This document shows, in pieces, positions 19,038 to 29,609 of a stretch of DNA of 64,000 bases (positions within the stretch are counted from its first letter, which is position 1; each line of letters begins with the position of its first letter). The DNA comes from a virus. The stretch is taken from positions 6,139 to 70,138 of IMG/VR virus record IMGVR_UViG_3300037486_000321; one strand, written 5' to 3'. The position numbers and the translations under genes were made by a program. The notes under the pieces were generated by a model that saw only the letters and a list, made by a program, of their open reading frames with translations, searched no databases and was not told the DNA's origin.

Positions 19038-22000
19038 ATTTAGGTACATTAATAGCAACCTTAACAGTAGAAACTGCTGGATTAAAAAGGGGGGTAATTG
19101 ATTTTGGGATGCTTGAAAAGAAAATCCTTGCCGGCTCAAATAAAATGGTACGGCAATTAGGGACTTTATCTGCTGCAGTGAAGAGGGTTGATAAAAATAT
19201 AACTGCTATGGCTGTCAGCCCAACTATGAGTGTATGGGAGAAGAAGATGCTTGCTGCCACAAATAAGATGGTTCGACAGTTAGGTAGAGTAACCAATCAA
19301 ACACGAATGTTGAAAAAGGAATTGTTGTTACTTCAAAGTGTAGGAGGGATGATGGGGGGAGGGATAATGGGGGGAGGTAAAGGTAAAACTAAAGGGACAG
19401 GAATATTTCCAGTTATGACTCCTGGTTTTGCTGCAGGGGCTGAAGTTCCATTAGGAATTACTAAAGGACTACCCGATCCAAAGCAACTTGCTCGTACTTG
19501 GGGAGCTACTCTTTCTTCAATGAGTATGCGTTTAAGGAGTTTTGGTTGGTTGGCTACTACAGTATTTACAGCCCCATTAATTATGGGGGCAAGTGCCGTA
19601 TCAAAGTTGGGTAGAGAGTATGAAATGGCAATGGCTAAAATACAAGGCTTGGTTGGGATTAATAAACGAATGGTTGATGAATGGAATAAGTCTTTATTAA
19701 ATATGTCAAAAGCTGTTGCTATAGGTCCAATGGAATTAGCTGATACCTTATATTATGTAGCATCTTCAGGTTTTAAAACAAAGGAAGCTCTTAATATTAC
19801 AGAAATGTCAGCAAAGGGAGCAGCTACCGGATTAGGGGAAACCAAAGATATTGCTAATTTCCTTACCTCAGCCATGAATGCTTATCGGGCATCAGGGTTG
19901 TCAGCTGCCCGGGCAATGGATATTTTGACTGCGGCAGTGAGGGAAGGTAAAGGAGAGCCCGCAGAAATGGCAAGGGCACTGGGTACTATATTACCTATTG
20001 CTTCAGAATTAGGAGTATCACTTGACCAGGTTGGGGGAGCATTAGCATCAATGACATTAATTACTTCTCAGACTTCCAATGCAGCCACCTATTTGAGAAA
20101 TGTTCTTATGAAGTTGATTCACCCATCGGCTGGTACAGAGAAGGCATTAGCTCGTATGGGAACATCAATTGAGGAGTTACAAAACATATTAAGGACTCAG
20201 GGATTAATGCCCGCCTTATTAAAGATAAGAGAACTAACTGATAAGTATGGTGAATCAGTGGCAGATATATTTCCAAACATTAGAGGTTTGCTTGGTATGC
20301 TAAACCTTACTGGGCAGAACATGAAGTATAATGAAAAGGTAATGAAGGAAGTAACTGCGTCAATGGGTGATTTTGAAAGGGCTTTCTTTATTGCTTCTGG
20401 TACAGTAGCCTTCAAATGGAATGCCGCAGTAGCAGGTATGAAAGCAAGTTTTATTAAATTGGGAACAGTTGTTGCTCAACTCATACTTCCAATTATGGAA
20501 AAATGGATTGGACGTATTGATTCAATAGTTAAATGGTTTAATAACTTGAGTAGAGGATCACAGCGTTTACTTGTTCATTTTGCTGAGATATTGGCAATAA
20601 TGGGGCCATTGTCTTTGCTGTTCAGTGCTTTTGGAATAATTATTGGTGGGGTGAAGGAAGCATTAACTGCTTTAGGGATAAGGGTGGGTGTATTCTCTGC
20701 CTTGCTGAAATCTATTCCATGGGTATTGGCTATAGTGGCCGCACTTAAATTGGTAAGTGTTATTGCCAGATTGATAAAGAAGAAAAATGAACTTAACCGT
20801 ATTACAAAGGAAGTTACTGCCGCTACTGAGACTGAAGTAAATAAAATGAGGTATCTCTATGAGGTTGCTACAAGCCTTACTGCTGGTTATGAAAGAAACG
20901 TTGCTGCTCGTCGTGAATTGAATGACATCTATGGTATTTATCTAAACAATCTGGTGGATGAGGAAGGATTCATTAGTGATATTGCAGATGCGTATAAAGG
21001 GGCTGAGGAGAAGTTAAGAGCATTTATTGATACAAAGGAAAGGGAAAGAATAATAGAAGAAAAAAGAGCAGAAGAGTCCGCTCAATTTGCTAAACATTTA
21101 GGAGAATATGATACAGCTGCAAAGAAGTATTTCAGTGCTCAACAATACTTGGATTTCAGTGAAGCATTGAGAACTATGCTCAAGCAAATGAATGATTTGA
21201 AAACTTCGGAAGATGATGCTATGAGTGTGTGGGTAAAGGGGCAGGGGTATGTGGATGATTTTATGAGTCAATGGGGGGAGATGTTACAATTTGCTGCTAA
21301 GACGGCTGGTGATAATAAGATAGCTAAGGCAATGGAATCAATGTGGGCAGGACAGGATTCTAGATTTGAGGCATCTTTATATTTATTGGAAAGACAGAAA
21401 TTTGCTATTGATTCTGTAGTTAATGAGCAATTAAGGATGATTGGGATAAATGATGAAATTGTTAAGAAGATAGAGGAGTTGGCTGATAAATCAAATTCTG
21501 CATATAATAGTATAAAGAATGAAGGTATTAGAGGATTAATGCAGTCAATGGAAGAACTGGAAAAGGCAATAGTCAGAGAGGATGAATTAATGGTAGGTAC
21601 TGGACAGGAGAGTGAGGCTGCGGCTAAGAAAATGGATTTGTATGCAGGAGTATTGAGAAAACTTGCTATATGGACTACTCCAGAGGCAAAATTGTTGGAT
21701 GTTGAAGCTGCCACAGAAGCTCAGGAAATGATTGAAGGTATTCAGCAGAAGATGAAGTCTCTTAGGTTGGAAATTGATGATCTTAAAAAAGATATAGAAA
21801 CTCTTACGGATGTTGTGGATGATTTTAATAAAGAGTTAGCTTTCCTTGATCTTATTCAAATGCATAAGGACACTTTAGGTGAACTGGGGCAGCAGTTTGA
21901 TTATGTTGGAGAGAAGACAAAGCTGTATGAAAGTACATTGAAAAAATTAGTTGAAAAAGGATGGATTGAGGAACAGCAGGCAAAAGATATGATTGTGGCA

Positions 22001-23698
22001 TTACAGAATATGGAAGCTAATATATTTCCAGTTACTACAGCTTTAAATGAATTGGTAAATACTCTTGAATTGGTACAACTGAGAGCTAAGTTTGAAGGTC
22101 CAAAGTTTGACGTAGTTGCTGCAGGGATTTCAGCATATGAAGCAGCATATAATAAAGTAATAGAAGGAGTTACAAAAATGGATAACCTGGAAACTACAGT
22201 AATTAATATTCAGGTTGATGCCACAGGAGCTACTCAAACTATTAAACTCGTTGATTATTTGAATTGGTTAATTACCAAGTTATATAATAATATTGAAGCC
22301 CTCAAAGATGTTCAACAAGCTATGATTGATCAGGAGACTATAAACCTTCTACAGGCTGAAGCTGACGCATTTGGTGGGGTTGTAGGAAAGATAGATGTTT
22401 TGAATTATGCTCTTGAAGCAGCGGAAAGGAATCTGAGAGCTTTATTTAGAAAACAAAAAATGGGGATTGTTCCAGAGGAAGATATAATTAGAGCGGTTGA
22501 GAATATCAACATATTGAAAAATTCAATAGCTTCTTTGAATGAGGCTCTTGATCTAAAGTATTTACAGGATATGTATGCTGCTTTAAATAATGTGGCTACA
22601 GGAGCTGATTTACTTGATGGGTATATAAATTCCTTGGAAGAAGAATTGAGAAGGTTATCAGCAGATGCTAAAGGAAATACGGAAGCATTCAAGGAATTAG
22701 CAAAACAATACCAAATGTATAAGAATATTGGTATTATGATGGAGAAGGTAAATGAAGTAATGGAGGGATTTATTAGAACTCTGATAGAAGGAGGGGACGA
22801 AACAGAAAGCCTTGGTGAAAAAATAAATAAATATCTGATAGCTACTTTAAAGGATTTGGTTGCAGATTTACTTACGGCAATCGCCAAATTTATTCTTTTA
22901 AAAGTTGTGGTTGAAAGTCTGCAAAAGAGTTTTGCCAAATCTGATTTTGGAAAAGGATTGTTGGAATCAATAACAAAAGGATTAACTGGATTAACCGGAT
23001 TAGGTGTATTTACTAATATTTTTAAAACTGATAAGATTACTGAGTTTATTACTGTTCTGGATGCCCTGAAGGTTGATATGGGAGAGTATAATGGTATTAT
23101 TAAAAATTTACTTACCAGTCAGAATCAGGTAACTGACGTTGTAGCAAAGTCAACCACATCTTTCTTTGCGGCAGCAGAAGCTACTGGAGCACTTACTGAA
23201 ATGCAAAAGGTGGAAGGAATAACTTTGGATTCTTTGGTTGCTGCGGATAAAGCAAGAGCAGCATCTCAAGGATTGGTTAAGGCAGCAACGGCAGCTACTA
23301 CGGCAACTGATGCAGCATCCATTCCAATTAAGGCAGGAGCTTCGGCAGCTTCATTTCAAAGCGCAGGAGCCAGTGCTGTTGAGGGGGCGGCGAAAACACC
23401 ATTCCCATTTAGTTTAATTGCTATGGCACTCGCTGGTGCTCTTGTGATAGGAATTATTGCTTCCATAATTGCCTCATCAAGGAAGGCAAGGAAAATGGCA
23501 GGAGGAGGTATAGTCCCACCAGGTTATCCGGGTGATACTTTTCCAGCACTATTAACATCAGGAGAAAAAGTAATCCCACTGGATCGAATGGAAAAGCAGA
23601 CATTGAATTTGGAAGGAGCAGAAGTAAGGTTTGAAATTGAAGGAGATCGACTGGTGGGTATATTAAAGAAACAACTTAAAAAGTCATCAATATATTAA
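19034..23698 (+). CDS. Tape measure protein (TP901-type core)
   Basis: 1554 aa, helical and Ala-rich; MNLGTLIATL start; C-terminal MAGGGIVP..GDT.PALLTSGE.V.P. Confidence 0.95.
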   Translation: MNLGTLIATLTVETAGLKRGVIDFGMLEKKILAGSNKMVRQLGTLSAAVKRVDKNITAMAVSPTMSVWEKKMLAATNKMVRQLGRVTNQTRMLKKELLLLQSVGGMMGGGIMGGGKGKTKGTGIFPVMTPGFAAGAEVPLGITKGLPDPKQLARTWGATLSSMSMRLRSFGWLATTVFTAPLIMGASAVSKLGREYEMAMAKIQGLVGINKRMVDEWNKSLLNMSKAVAIGPMELADTLYYVASSGFKTKEALNITEMSAKGAATGLGETKDIANFLTSAMNAYRASGLSAARAMDILTAAVREGKGEPAEMARALGTILPIASELGVSLDQVGGALASMTLITSQTSNAATYLRNVLMKLIHPSAGTEKALARMGTSIEELQNILRTQGLMPALLKIRELTDKYGESVADIFPNIRGLLGMLNLTGQNMKYNEKVMKEVTASMGDFERAFFIASGTVAFKWNAAVAGMKASFIKLGTVVAQLILPIMEKWIGRIDSIVKWFNNLSRGSQRLLVHFAEILAIMGPLSLLFSAFGIIIGGVKEALTALGIRVGVFSALLKSIPWVLAIVAALKLVSVIARLIKKKNELNRITKEVTAATETEVNKMRYLYEVATSLTAGYERNVAARRELNDIYGIYLNNLVDEEGFISDIADAYKGAEEKLRAFIDTKERERIIEEKRAEESAQFAKHLGEYDTAAKKYFSAQQYLDFSEALRTMLKQMNDLKTSEDDAMSVWVKGQGYVDDFMSQWGEMLQFAAKTAGDNKIAKAMESMWAGQDSRFEASLYLLERQKFAIDSVVNEQLRMIGINDEIVKKIEELADKSNSAYNSIKNEGIRGLMQSMEELEKAIVREDELMVGTGQESEAAAKKMDLYAGVLRKLAIWTTPEAKLLDVEAATEAQEMIEGIQQKMKSLRLEIDDLKKDIETLTDVVDDFNKELAFLDLIQMHKDTLGELGQQFDYVGEKTKLYESTLKKLVEKGWIEEQQAKDMIVALQNMEANIFPVTTALNELVNTLELVQLRAKFEGPKFDVVAAGISAYEAAYNKVIEGVTKMDNLETTVINIQVDATGATQTIKLVDYLNWLITKLYNNIEALKDVQQAMIDQETINLLQAEADAFGGVVGKIDVLNYALEAAERNLRALFRKQKMGIVPEEDIIRAVENINILKNSIASLNEALDLKYLQDMYAALNNVATGADLLDGYINSLEEELRRLSADAKGNTEAFKELAKQYQMYKNIGIMMEKVNEVMEGFIRTLIEGGDETESLGEKINKYLIATLKDLVADLLTAIAKFILLKVVVESLQKSFAKSDFGKGLLESITKGLTGLTGLGVFTNIFKTDKITEFITVLDALKVDMGEYNGIIKNLLTSQNQVTDVVAKSTTSFFAAAEATGALTEMQKVEGITLDSLVAADKARAASQGLVKAATAATTATDAASIPIKAGASAASFQSAGASAVEGAAKTPFPFSLIAMALAGALVIGIIASIIASSRKARKMAGGGIVPPGYPGDTFPALLTSGEKVIPLDRMEKQTLNLEGAEVRFEIEGDRLVGILKKQLKKSSIY

Positions 23699-23701
23699 TC
23701 C

Positions 23702-26700
23702 ATGGCAGACTATGGGCTTAAATATCAATCGGACTTTTATAATTACTTTGGTAAGTTAGTGTCGGTTAAGATTTACCGGGTGGATTATGAGTTAGAAACA
23801 ATTGATATACGGACATCTGAGGTAACCATCCAGAGTAATTATACTGATGATGATACCTCAATTATTGGTAAGGGAGCAAAGATTGTTGTTATAGCTGATA
23901 CAGAGGATATGGATTATCTTGAAGATTTATTGCTTTCCACTGAAAAAGAATTTCTATGTACTATTGAATATAATTCTCAACCCGTGTTTAAGGGGTACTC
24001 CATTTGTGATATGAATGAGCGACAGTTACTGCCATTTGCTCAAGTAACTTTACAATTTACGGACTATATGCATAGAACAGATGGGCAATATCCAAAGTTT
24101 ATGAAGTCCATAGGACAAAATACAGAATTGTATTCAATTATCAATGAGATGCTTTTGGCTACGGAACTTGAATTCAATCTCTTTGTTAATTCTACTTTAT
24201 TTGAGGATACAATGACTCAGGAGGCGAATGATACTTGGCTTACTCAAACCTATGTCCAGAATAGTATATTTTACAGTGATGCCTTCACTATTGATAATAT
24301 CTATGATGCAATAAATAAGTCCCTTAAATCGTTCAGTGCTTTTATGTACTCTTACAATAATAAATGGGTAATTGAACGTCAGGAAGATATTACCCGCGAT
24401 GGGACTTGGGTTACTTATGGACAGGAGGTTATTAATGATCTTGCTTCTACAGCAAGGCAATTTGTTAATGACCATTATGCTACAATATTAGCGGAAGAGG
24501 TTGTGCATGTAACTGCTCTTGTACTTGATCCAAATGATGCCCATTTGGTATTTACAGGATATTTTGATTTTACCACTCCTACCATTGCAAATGCTACTGG
24601 TGATCTGGCTGGAACAGTTAATACCCCTTCTCAGAATTATACAACCTCAATAGATGCCATTTATCGTTTGTATCCTAATAATGAATCAGGTACGGTAATT
24701 ATGGTCTGTATTGGAATAAGTAGGCATATGCATTATCAAACTAGTCAGCAAATTACTTGTTCTCATTTTGTCTCTGATTATGTAAGTGATTATGCTGATG
24801 TTGGAATTACTTTGACTTATGCTCAGGATGGGGATGGGTGGTATGTTCAACTTCAGAGAACTGGTCAGATTAATGCCAGAGTGCGGACGTGGTTATCTGG
24901 TGATTTTGATTTAACAATTGATCATGTTCAGACGTATGTAGCAGCAATTCCAAAAGTTCAAGATATTGCACTCACTGGAGTTTATGGAACGGCGAATGTA
25001 ACAGTAAATGGCTCCAGTAATTATTTACTTGGAGTACCAAGTACTCCTGATTCTGATATAGATACGGTAATTGCATCAGTAACGACTCCATTAAAACAAA
25101 TTCTAAACAAACAGGATGGTGATTGGGCGTATGTGGATTGTAGTCAATTAGTTGAATATGATTCTGGATTACATACTTTGATATTAAATCTGCGGGATAA
25201 ATTACTTGATACCCTTGTATTTAATGATTGGCCATCTCCTGATGCAATTGAAACAACTGATTGGTTATTCCCAAATTCAGATTCAGATGTAGACCTTGAG
25301 TATCGCACTTGGTATGTTAATTCCCACTATGATGCAGAAGATATATCGGTAGGAGAAGATATGCATGATATTTCACAATGGGTTCGTTTCCAGGGTGATC
25401 TTAATAGGATGTATGGGTGGAATTATAAATTTGCTGTATATGGTAATCAGGATTCTGAATCAGCAGATACTATACTTACAATAGGTTACAAAATGTCTAC
25501 GGATATAATTCCTAGTAATGCCTGCAAGGTGTCTCTTGATGTAATAATGAGAATAATAGGTGGACCATATAACAATGCCTATATGTCATTTGCTGGGCCA
25601 ATTGATCCTATTAGCACTTATGGATACGATCAATATGGGATAAGTGGTCCGTATGGGATAAATATATTTCCTGAGCATTTGGTATTGTATGCTAATACTA
25701 CTACGGTATTCCACAGATGTAGAACATGTACACTAGTAGATATTGGTTGGGAAGAGAAGGAAAAAACATGGGAGTTCTCTGTGGAAATTAATTTGGAAGA
25801 TTGCCCTGTTCGTATTTACAACGATGCTAATAATTATGTGCAATATGATAATTTTTGGGGATTAATGGGTAGTCCTGAGTATCAAATGTTTGTGATCACT
25901 TTTTTACCCGCTCGTTATTCCATTCGTAATAAGGATGATCCTCGTATTACTGATGCGGGACTTGGGCATGACTTTGCTACAAATTATTTAGGAGATATTA
26001 TGGTAACTGTTAATGCCGAAACGATAGCCAATAAAATTACCTATGTTATAAATAAAGACTTTATAAAGACTCAGGAGGTTGATCTATATTTGTTTGATTT
26101 AGAGAATATGAATTATGGGAATGCCCTTTTGTGTCAAGATGGATTTAGTAGAACAAAATTATGGGCATCTGAAAATTCTATTGTTCCAATTCCTTTATAT
26201 GAAGTATTAGCCAAATGTAAGTTTCGGAAATATGGTAGGACTATTCACCGATTGAAAGGAAAAATACTATCTGATAATGTTCTAAAACCATTTGCCCTCT
26301 TAACTGATGATACTATTCTGGATGAATATGAAAATGTTATTACTTTCTTATTGAATGGATTTACTTGGGATTTGGTAAATGGAACGTATGATATTGAAGC
26401 TGAAGAGTATTCAGAAGAGAATGTCGTAGTGGATGGAGTGGAATATGATGAAGAAGGAGAAATTGTATATCCTACTCCTGCTACTCCCATTTGGGGTTCA
26501 TGTTGGATGGAAACCAGTGGATATAGACATCCAATTCATTTATCATGGGAACCTGTAGAAGGTGGAATGATTGGTTATAAAGTGGAACAATATCCATATT
26601 TTGTCAATCATTTGGGGACTCTTGTTGATGGAGTATGGACGGCTCCATGGGGGGAGTGGAAGGATGCATGGAAGCAGGTATATATTGGCAATCCCAATTC

Positions 26701-26821
26701 TTGTAACATTACACAAGGGGCAGGAGCTACAGCACATGCTCTTTCATTTAGAGTTTGTGCTTATAATCCAACAGGACAAAGTGGTTGGAGTTCATCAAAG
26801 AATTATAGTTGGACACCATAA
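23702..26821 (+). CDS. Tail tip / baseplate hub protein with C-terminal FN3-like domain
   Basis: 1039 aa immediately after the tape measure; C-terminal LSWEPV..GYKV...FRVCAYN..GQSGWS. Confidence 0.65.
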   Translation: MADYGLKYQSDFYNYFGKLVSVKIYRVDYELETIDIRTSEVTIQSNYTDDDTSIIGKGAKIVVIADTEDMDYLEDLLLSTEKEFLCTIEYNSQPVFKGYSICDMNERQLLPFAQVTLQFTDYMHRTDGQYPKFMKSIGQNTELYSIINEMLLATELEFNLFVNSTLFEDTMTQEANDTWLTQTYVQNSIFYSDAFTIDNIYDAINKSLKSFSAFMYSYNNKWVIERQEDITRDGTWVTYGQEVINDLASTARQFVNDHYATILAEEVVHVTALVLDPNDAHLVFTGYFDFTTPTIANATGDLAGTVNTPSQNYTTSIDAIYRLYPNNESGTVIMVCIGISRHMHYQTSQQITCSHFVSDYVSDYADVGITLTYAQDGDGWYVQLQRTGQINARVRTWLSGDFDLTIDHVQTYVAAIPKVQDIALTGVYGTANVTVNGSSNYLLGVPSTPDSDIDTVIASVTTPLKQILNKQDGDWAYVDCSQLVEYDSGLHTLILNLRDKLLDTLVFNDWPSPDAIETTDWLFPNSDSDVDLEYRTWYVNSHYDAEDISVGEDMHDISQWVRFQGDLNRMYGWNYKFAVYGNQDSESADTILTIGYKMSTDIIPSNACKVSLDVIMRIIGGPYNNAYMSFAGPIDPISTYGYDQYGISGPYGINIFPEHLVLYANTTTVFHRCRTCTLVDIGWEEKEKTWEFSVEINLEDCPVRIYNDANNYVQYDNFWGLMGSPEYQMFVITFLPARYSIRNKDDPRITDAGLGHDFATNYLGDIMVTVNAETIANKITYVINKDFIKTQEVDLYLFDLENMNYGNALLCQDGFSRTKLWASENSIVPIPLYEVLAKCKFRKYGRTIHRLKGKILSDNVLKPFALLTDDTILDEYENVITFLLNGFTWDLVNGTYDIEAEEYSEENVVVDGVEYDEEGEIVYPTPATPIWGSCWMETSGYRHPIHLSWEPVEGGMIGYKVEQYPYFVNHLGTLVDGVWTAPWGEWKDAWKQVYIGNPNSCNITQGAGATAHALSFRVCAYNPTGQSGWSSSKNYSWTP

Positions 26822-26833
26822 TATAATAAAGGA

Positions 26834-27739
26834 ATGTCAATATACATTTATAAATATTTGGAGTATGTCCCGTGGGATGTAGTAGGAGTAGGTGTTGTTC
26901 AACATAAAGGGGGAACTGCTCTTGCCACCCCACCTTGTGATCTATCTAATTATTACACTAAAAATCAGTTATCCTCATACCACAGTTCTCAAGTTCATTG
27001 GACTAATATTATTTGGGATGGCAAGTTGGGTTCATTGAATTGCTTTGGACAATCTATAGTTACTGGAATGTTGGCTGATACGGCAACCAAATTAGCCAGA
27101 GGTTCTATTATAGGAACATCAACTGTAACAGGTACTGGACGAACTTATTGTGAATTTTTAAAAGGGACTGTCAATAGTACCAGTTCTACAGCAGGTTCTA
27201 TTCATCCGATATATGGAGAAGGTACTACTTATATATTCCGATATTCTATCGAAGATGATTCATCGGCTAATGTCAATCTGGTTGGGGATGTAGCATCACC
27301 GGGAAATAGTAAATTGTATGGGACTAATAGTTCTGGAGTTCGTGGGTGGTATGACATTCCTACAGCAGGTGTTCCAGATGTGCATAATGATACACATGAA
27401 AATGGAGGATCGGATGAAATAAGTGTTGCTGGATTAAGTGGAGTACTGGCAGATGCTCAAACTCCAGCTACACATTACCATGATTCTGATTATGTTTCAA
27501 TAGTGGGTTCTCCTACTGAAGGTAATTTTCCAACATTGACCGCAGGTGGAGAAATACAAAATAGTAGTTATAATGCATCTAGTTTTCTTTATATTACGTG
27601 GGGTTCAAAATATTCATCATCAGATGCTGGCACGGTTGGACAACGATCAATAGATGATGACTATTTATATATCTGTGTTGCTACTGGTGGGGCTGGGGCA
27701 GCAACATGGAAAAAAACAGCATTAATGCAGTCTCCTTAA
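26834..27739 (+). CDS. Tail-associated fibre/adaptor protein
   Basis: 301 aa; HNDTHENGGSDEI fibre motif; C-terminal G..GQ..DD.YLYIC motif. Confidence 0.6.
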   Translation: MSIYIYKYLEYVPWDVVGVGVVQHKGGTALATPPCDLSNYYTKNQLSSYHSSQVHWTNIIWDGKLGSLNCFGQSIVTGMLADTATKLARGSIIGTSTVTGTGRTYCEFLKGTVNSTSSTAGSIHPIYGEGTTYIFRYSIEDDSSANVNLVGDVASPGNSKLYGTNSSGVRGWYDIPTAGVPDVHNDTHENGGSDEISVAGLSGVLADAQTPATHYHDSDYVSIVGSPTEGNFPTLTAGGEIQNSSYNASSFLYITWGSKYSSSDAGTVGQRSIDDDYLYICVATGGAGAATWKKTALMQSP

Positions 27740-27751
27740 AATTTAAACATT

Positions 27752-28012
27752 ATGGCAAAGAGTAAAACCATCAGGAAAAAATTAGAAGATTCCATAGCTG
27801 TGGCTAAAAAGATTGAGGAAGAACTCAAGCAAGTGGAACAGGAAGAAAAAGAGATGGTGGATGATGTACGAAAGCAAATTGAATCCCTTTGTGAGGAACA
27901 TGAACTCATGTGTGGAGTTGTGCTTACAAAAGGTGATATTGTTAAGGTGATTGAACTGGCACTGCAAACAAATGAAAATATTACAATACCGTTTAATCTA
28001 TACACTAAATAA
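27752..28012 (+). CDS. Hypothetical coiled-coil protein
   Basis: 86-aa charged ORF with an A-rich leader. Confidence 0.6.
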   Translation: MAKSKTIRKKLEDSIAVAKKIEEELKQVEQEEKEMVDDVRKQIESLCEEHELMCGVVLTKGDIVKVIELALQTNENITIPFNLYTK

Positions 28013-28021
28013 TTAAATATT

Positions 28022-29605
28022 ATGGCACAGTATGATCTTTTATTAATCCAAAATGTACATGCTACTCTGACAGAGTTTACAGAGAGAGCTGTTCATCTTA
28101 GTAAAGGCGATATTTTATCTGCCGATACTAGTCATGTCCCTACTGTTTTAGCGGCTGGAACTGATGGGTATATGCTCGTAAGGAGTGATGCCGCTACAAC
28201 TGGTCTTGCTTGGCAGGTTATTTCTGGAGGGCATACACAGAACACAGATACCGGAACCACCGAGACAATATTCCATATTGATAGTGATGGTTATGCCATT
28301 GAACTTACTGCCGCATCAGCTTCCAAGTTTGATGTTAAGGTTAGTGGTGGTGCTACGTATGCTGATTTACAGGCAAAGGATGCTACTTTTGCTTCACTGA
28401 CATTAGATGATCTTAAAGCAGCGGGAACAGCATCAACAGCTGATCTTTGGAGTGAAGTAACTACTGGATCAATTACTCTTGGAGCAGGTATTACAACTGG
28501 AACAGTGAATATCGCTGCGGCTGGAACTGGAGCATCCAGTATAAATATTGGACATACGAATGCTACAATATATCTTGTAGGTTCCATTGATACTCCAATC
28601 TTATCAGCAGTGGCATTAGGAACTAATTCAAGTGGGGTAGTTGCCGCAGCATCAACCACTGGATCAGGTACTACTTTAGTATTAGGTACAACTCCAACAT
28701 TTACTACATCAGTTATTGGTGGAGCCTCATTTGATGTATTTGATACTGCTTCAACAACTGTTAATGCCTTTGGAGCAGCTACTACTCTCACTCTTGGATT
28801 TGATGGTACAGGAGCGAGTACGACAAACTTTATTACTGGAGCAATTACCACTGGATTAACAAAAACTATTAACATTGGTACGGCTGGTGCAACTGGATCA
28901 ACTACAAATATTAATATTGCTACTGCTGGTGCGGGTACGGCTGCTATGAATGTTAATCTTGGTAGTGCTTCAGGTGGTACGGTTACGGTAAATAAGGATT
29001 TAGTTGTAACGGGTGATCTTACCGTAAATGGTACAACCACTACGATTAATGCTACTACCTTAACTGTAGATGACAAGAATATTGAGATTGGTTCCGTAGC
29101 TTCTCCAAGTGATACAACAGCTGATGGTGGTGGTATTACTTTAAGAGGATTAACCGATAAAACCATTCTTTGGGATAATGCAAATGATAATTGGTCATTC
29201 AATCAGAGTGTAAATCTTGAAACTGGTTTAACTTACAAGATTGCTAATACCACAGTTCTTTCAGCAACTCAGGTATTGGGGGTTACCCTTGGAACAATGG
29301 CTTCCGCAACGGCAACTGATTATGTGGCTAAAGCCTTATATGATGCCAATACAATCCTTTATGCCACCTCTGATAATACTCCAGCAGCACTGACTGTAGG
29401 TGAACAAACTCTTGTTGGTAGGGTTACATCAGGTGCGATTGCAGCCTTAACAGCAGCTCAGGCAATGGGAGTTCTGTGGCAAACTGCTCCAGCGGCAAAG
29501 GGGAGTACAGGAACTCTTGGTCAGATCGCAAAGGATGATAATTACTTTTACATTTGTACAGCAACCAATACATGGAAACGTTCAGCAATAGCAACTAACT
29601 GGTAG
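28022..29605 (+). CDS. Tail fibre protein 1
   Basis: Thr/Ala/Gly-rich 527 aa; VTGDLTVNGTTTTINATTLTVDDKNIE and ADGGGITL fibre motifs. Confidence 0.8.
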   Translation: MAQYDLLLIQNVHATLTEFTERAVHLSKGDILSADTSHVPTVLAAGTDGYMLVRSDAATTGLAWQVISGGHTQNTDTGTTETIFHIDSDGYAIELTAASASKFDVKVSGGATYADLQAKDATFASLTLDDLKAAGTASTADLWSEVTTGSITLGAGITTGTVNIAAAGTGASSINIGHTNATIYLVGSIDTPILSAVALGTNSSGVVAAASTTGSGTTLVLGTTPTFTTSVIGGASFDVFDTASTTVNAFGAATTLTLGFDGTGASTTNFITGAITTGLTKTINIGTAGATGSTTNINIATAGAGTAAMNVNLGSASGGTVTVNKDLVVTGDLTVNGTTTTINATTLTVDDKNIEIGSVASPSDTTADGGGITLRGLTDKTILWDNANDNWSFNQSVNLETGLTYKIANTTVLSATQVLGVTLGTMASATATDYVAKALYDANTILYATSDNTPAALTVGEQTLVGRVTSGAIAALTAAQAMGVLWQTAPAAKGSTGTLGQIAKDDNYFYICTATNTWKRSAIATNW

Positions 29606-29609
29606 AATT

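Noticed and set aside
19342-19378. G-run cluster (G-quadruplex or phase-variable tract) in the tape measure gene
   Set aside because: Encodes a GGMMGGGIMGGG linker; the frame is intact and the runs are only 6 nt.
28291-29202. 303-aa antisense ORF (likewise 8073-8684, 22405-22938, 60841-61581)
   Set aside because: Shadow ORFs opposite well-supported genes, arising from codon bias; no motifs.
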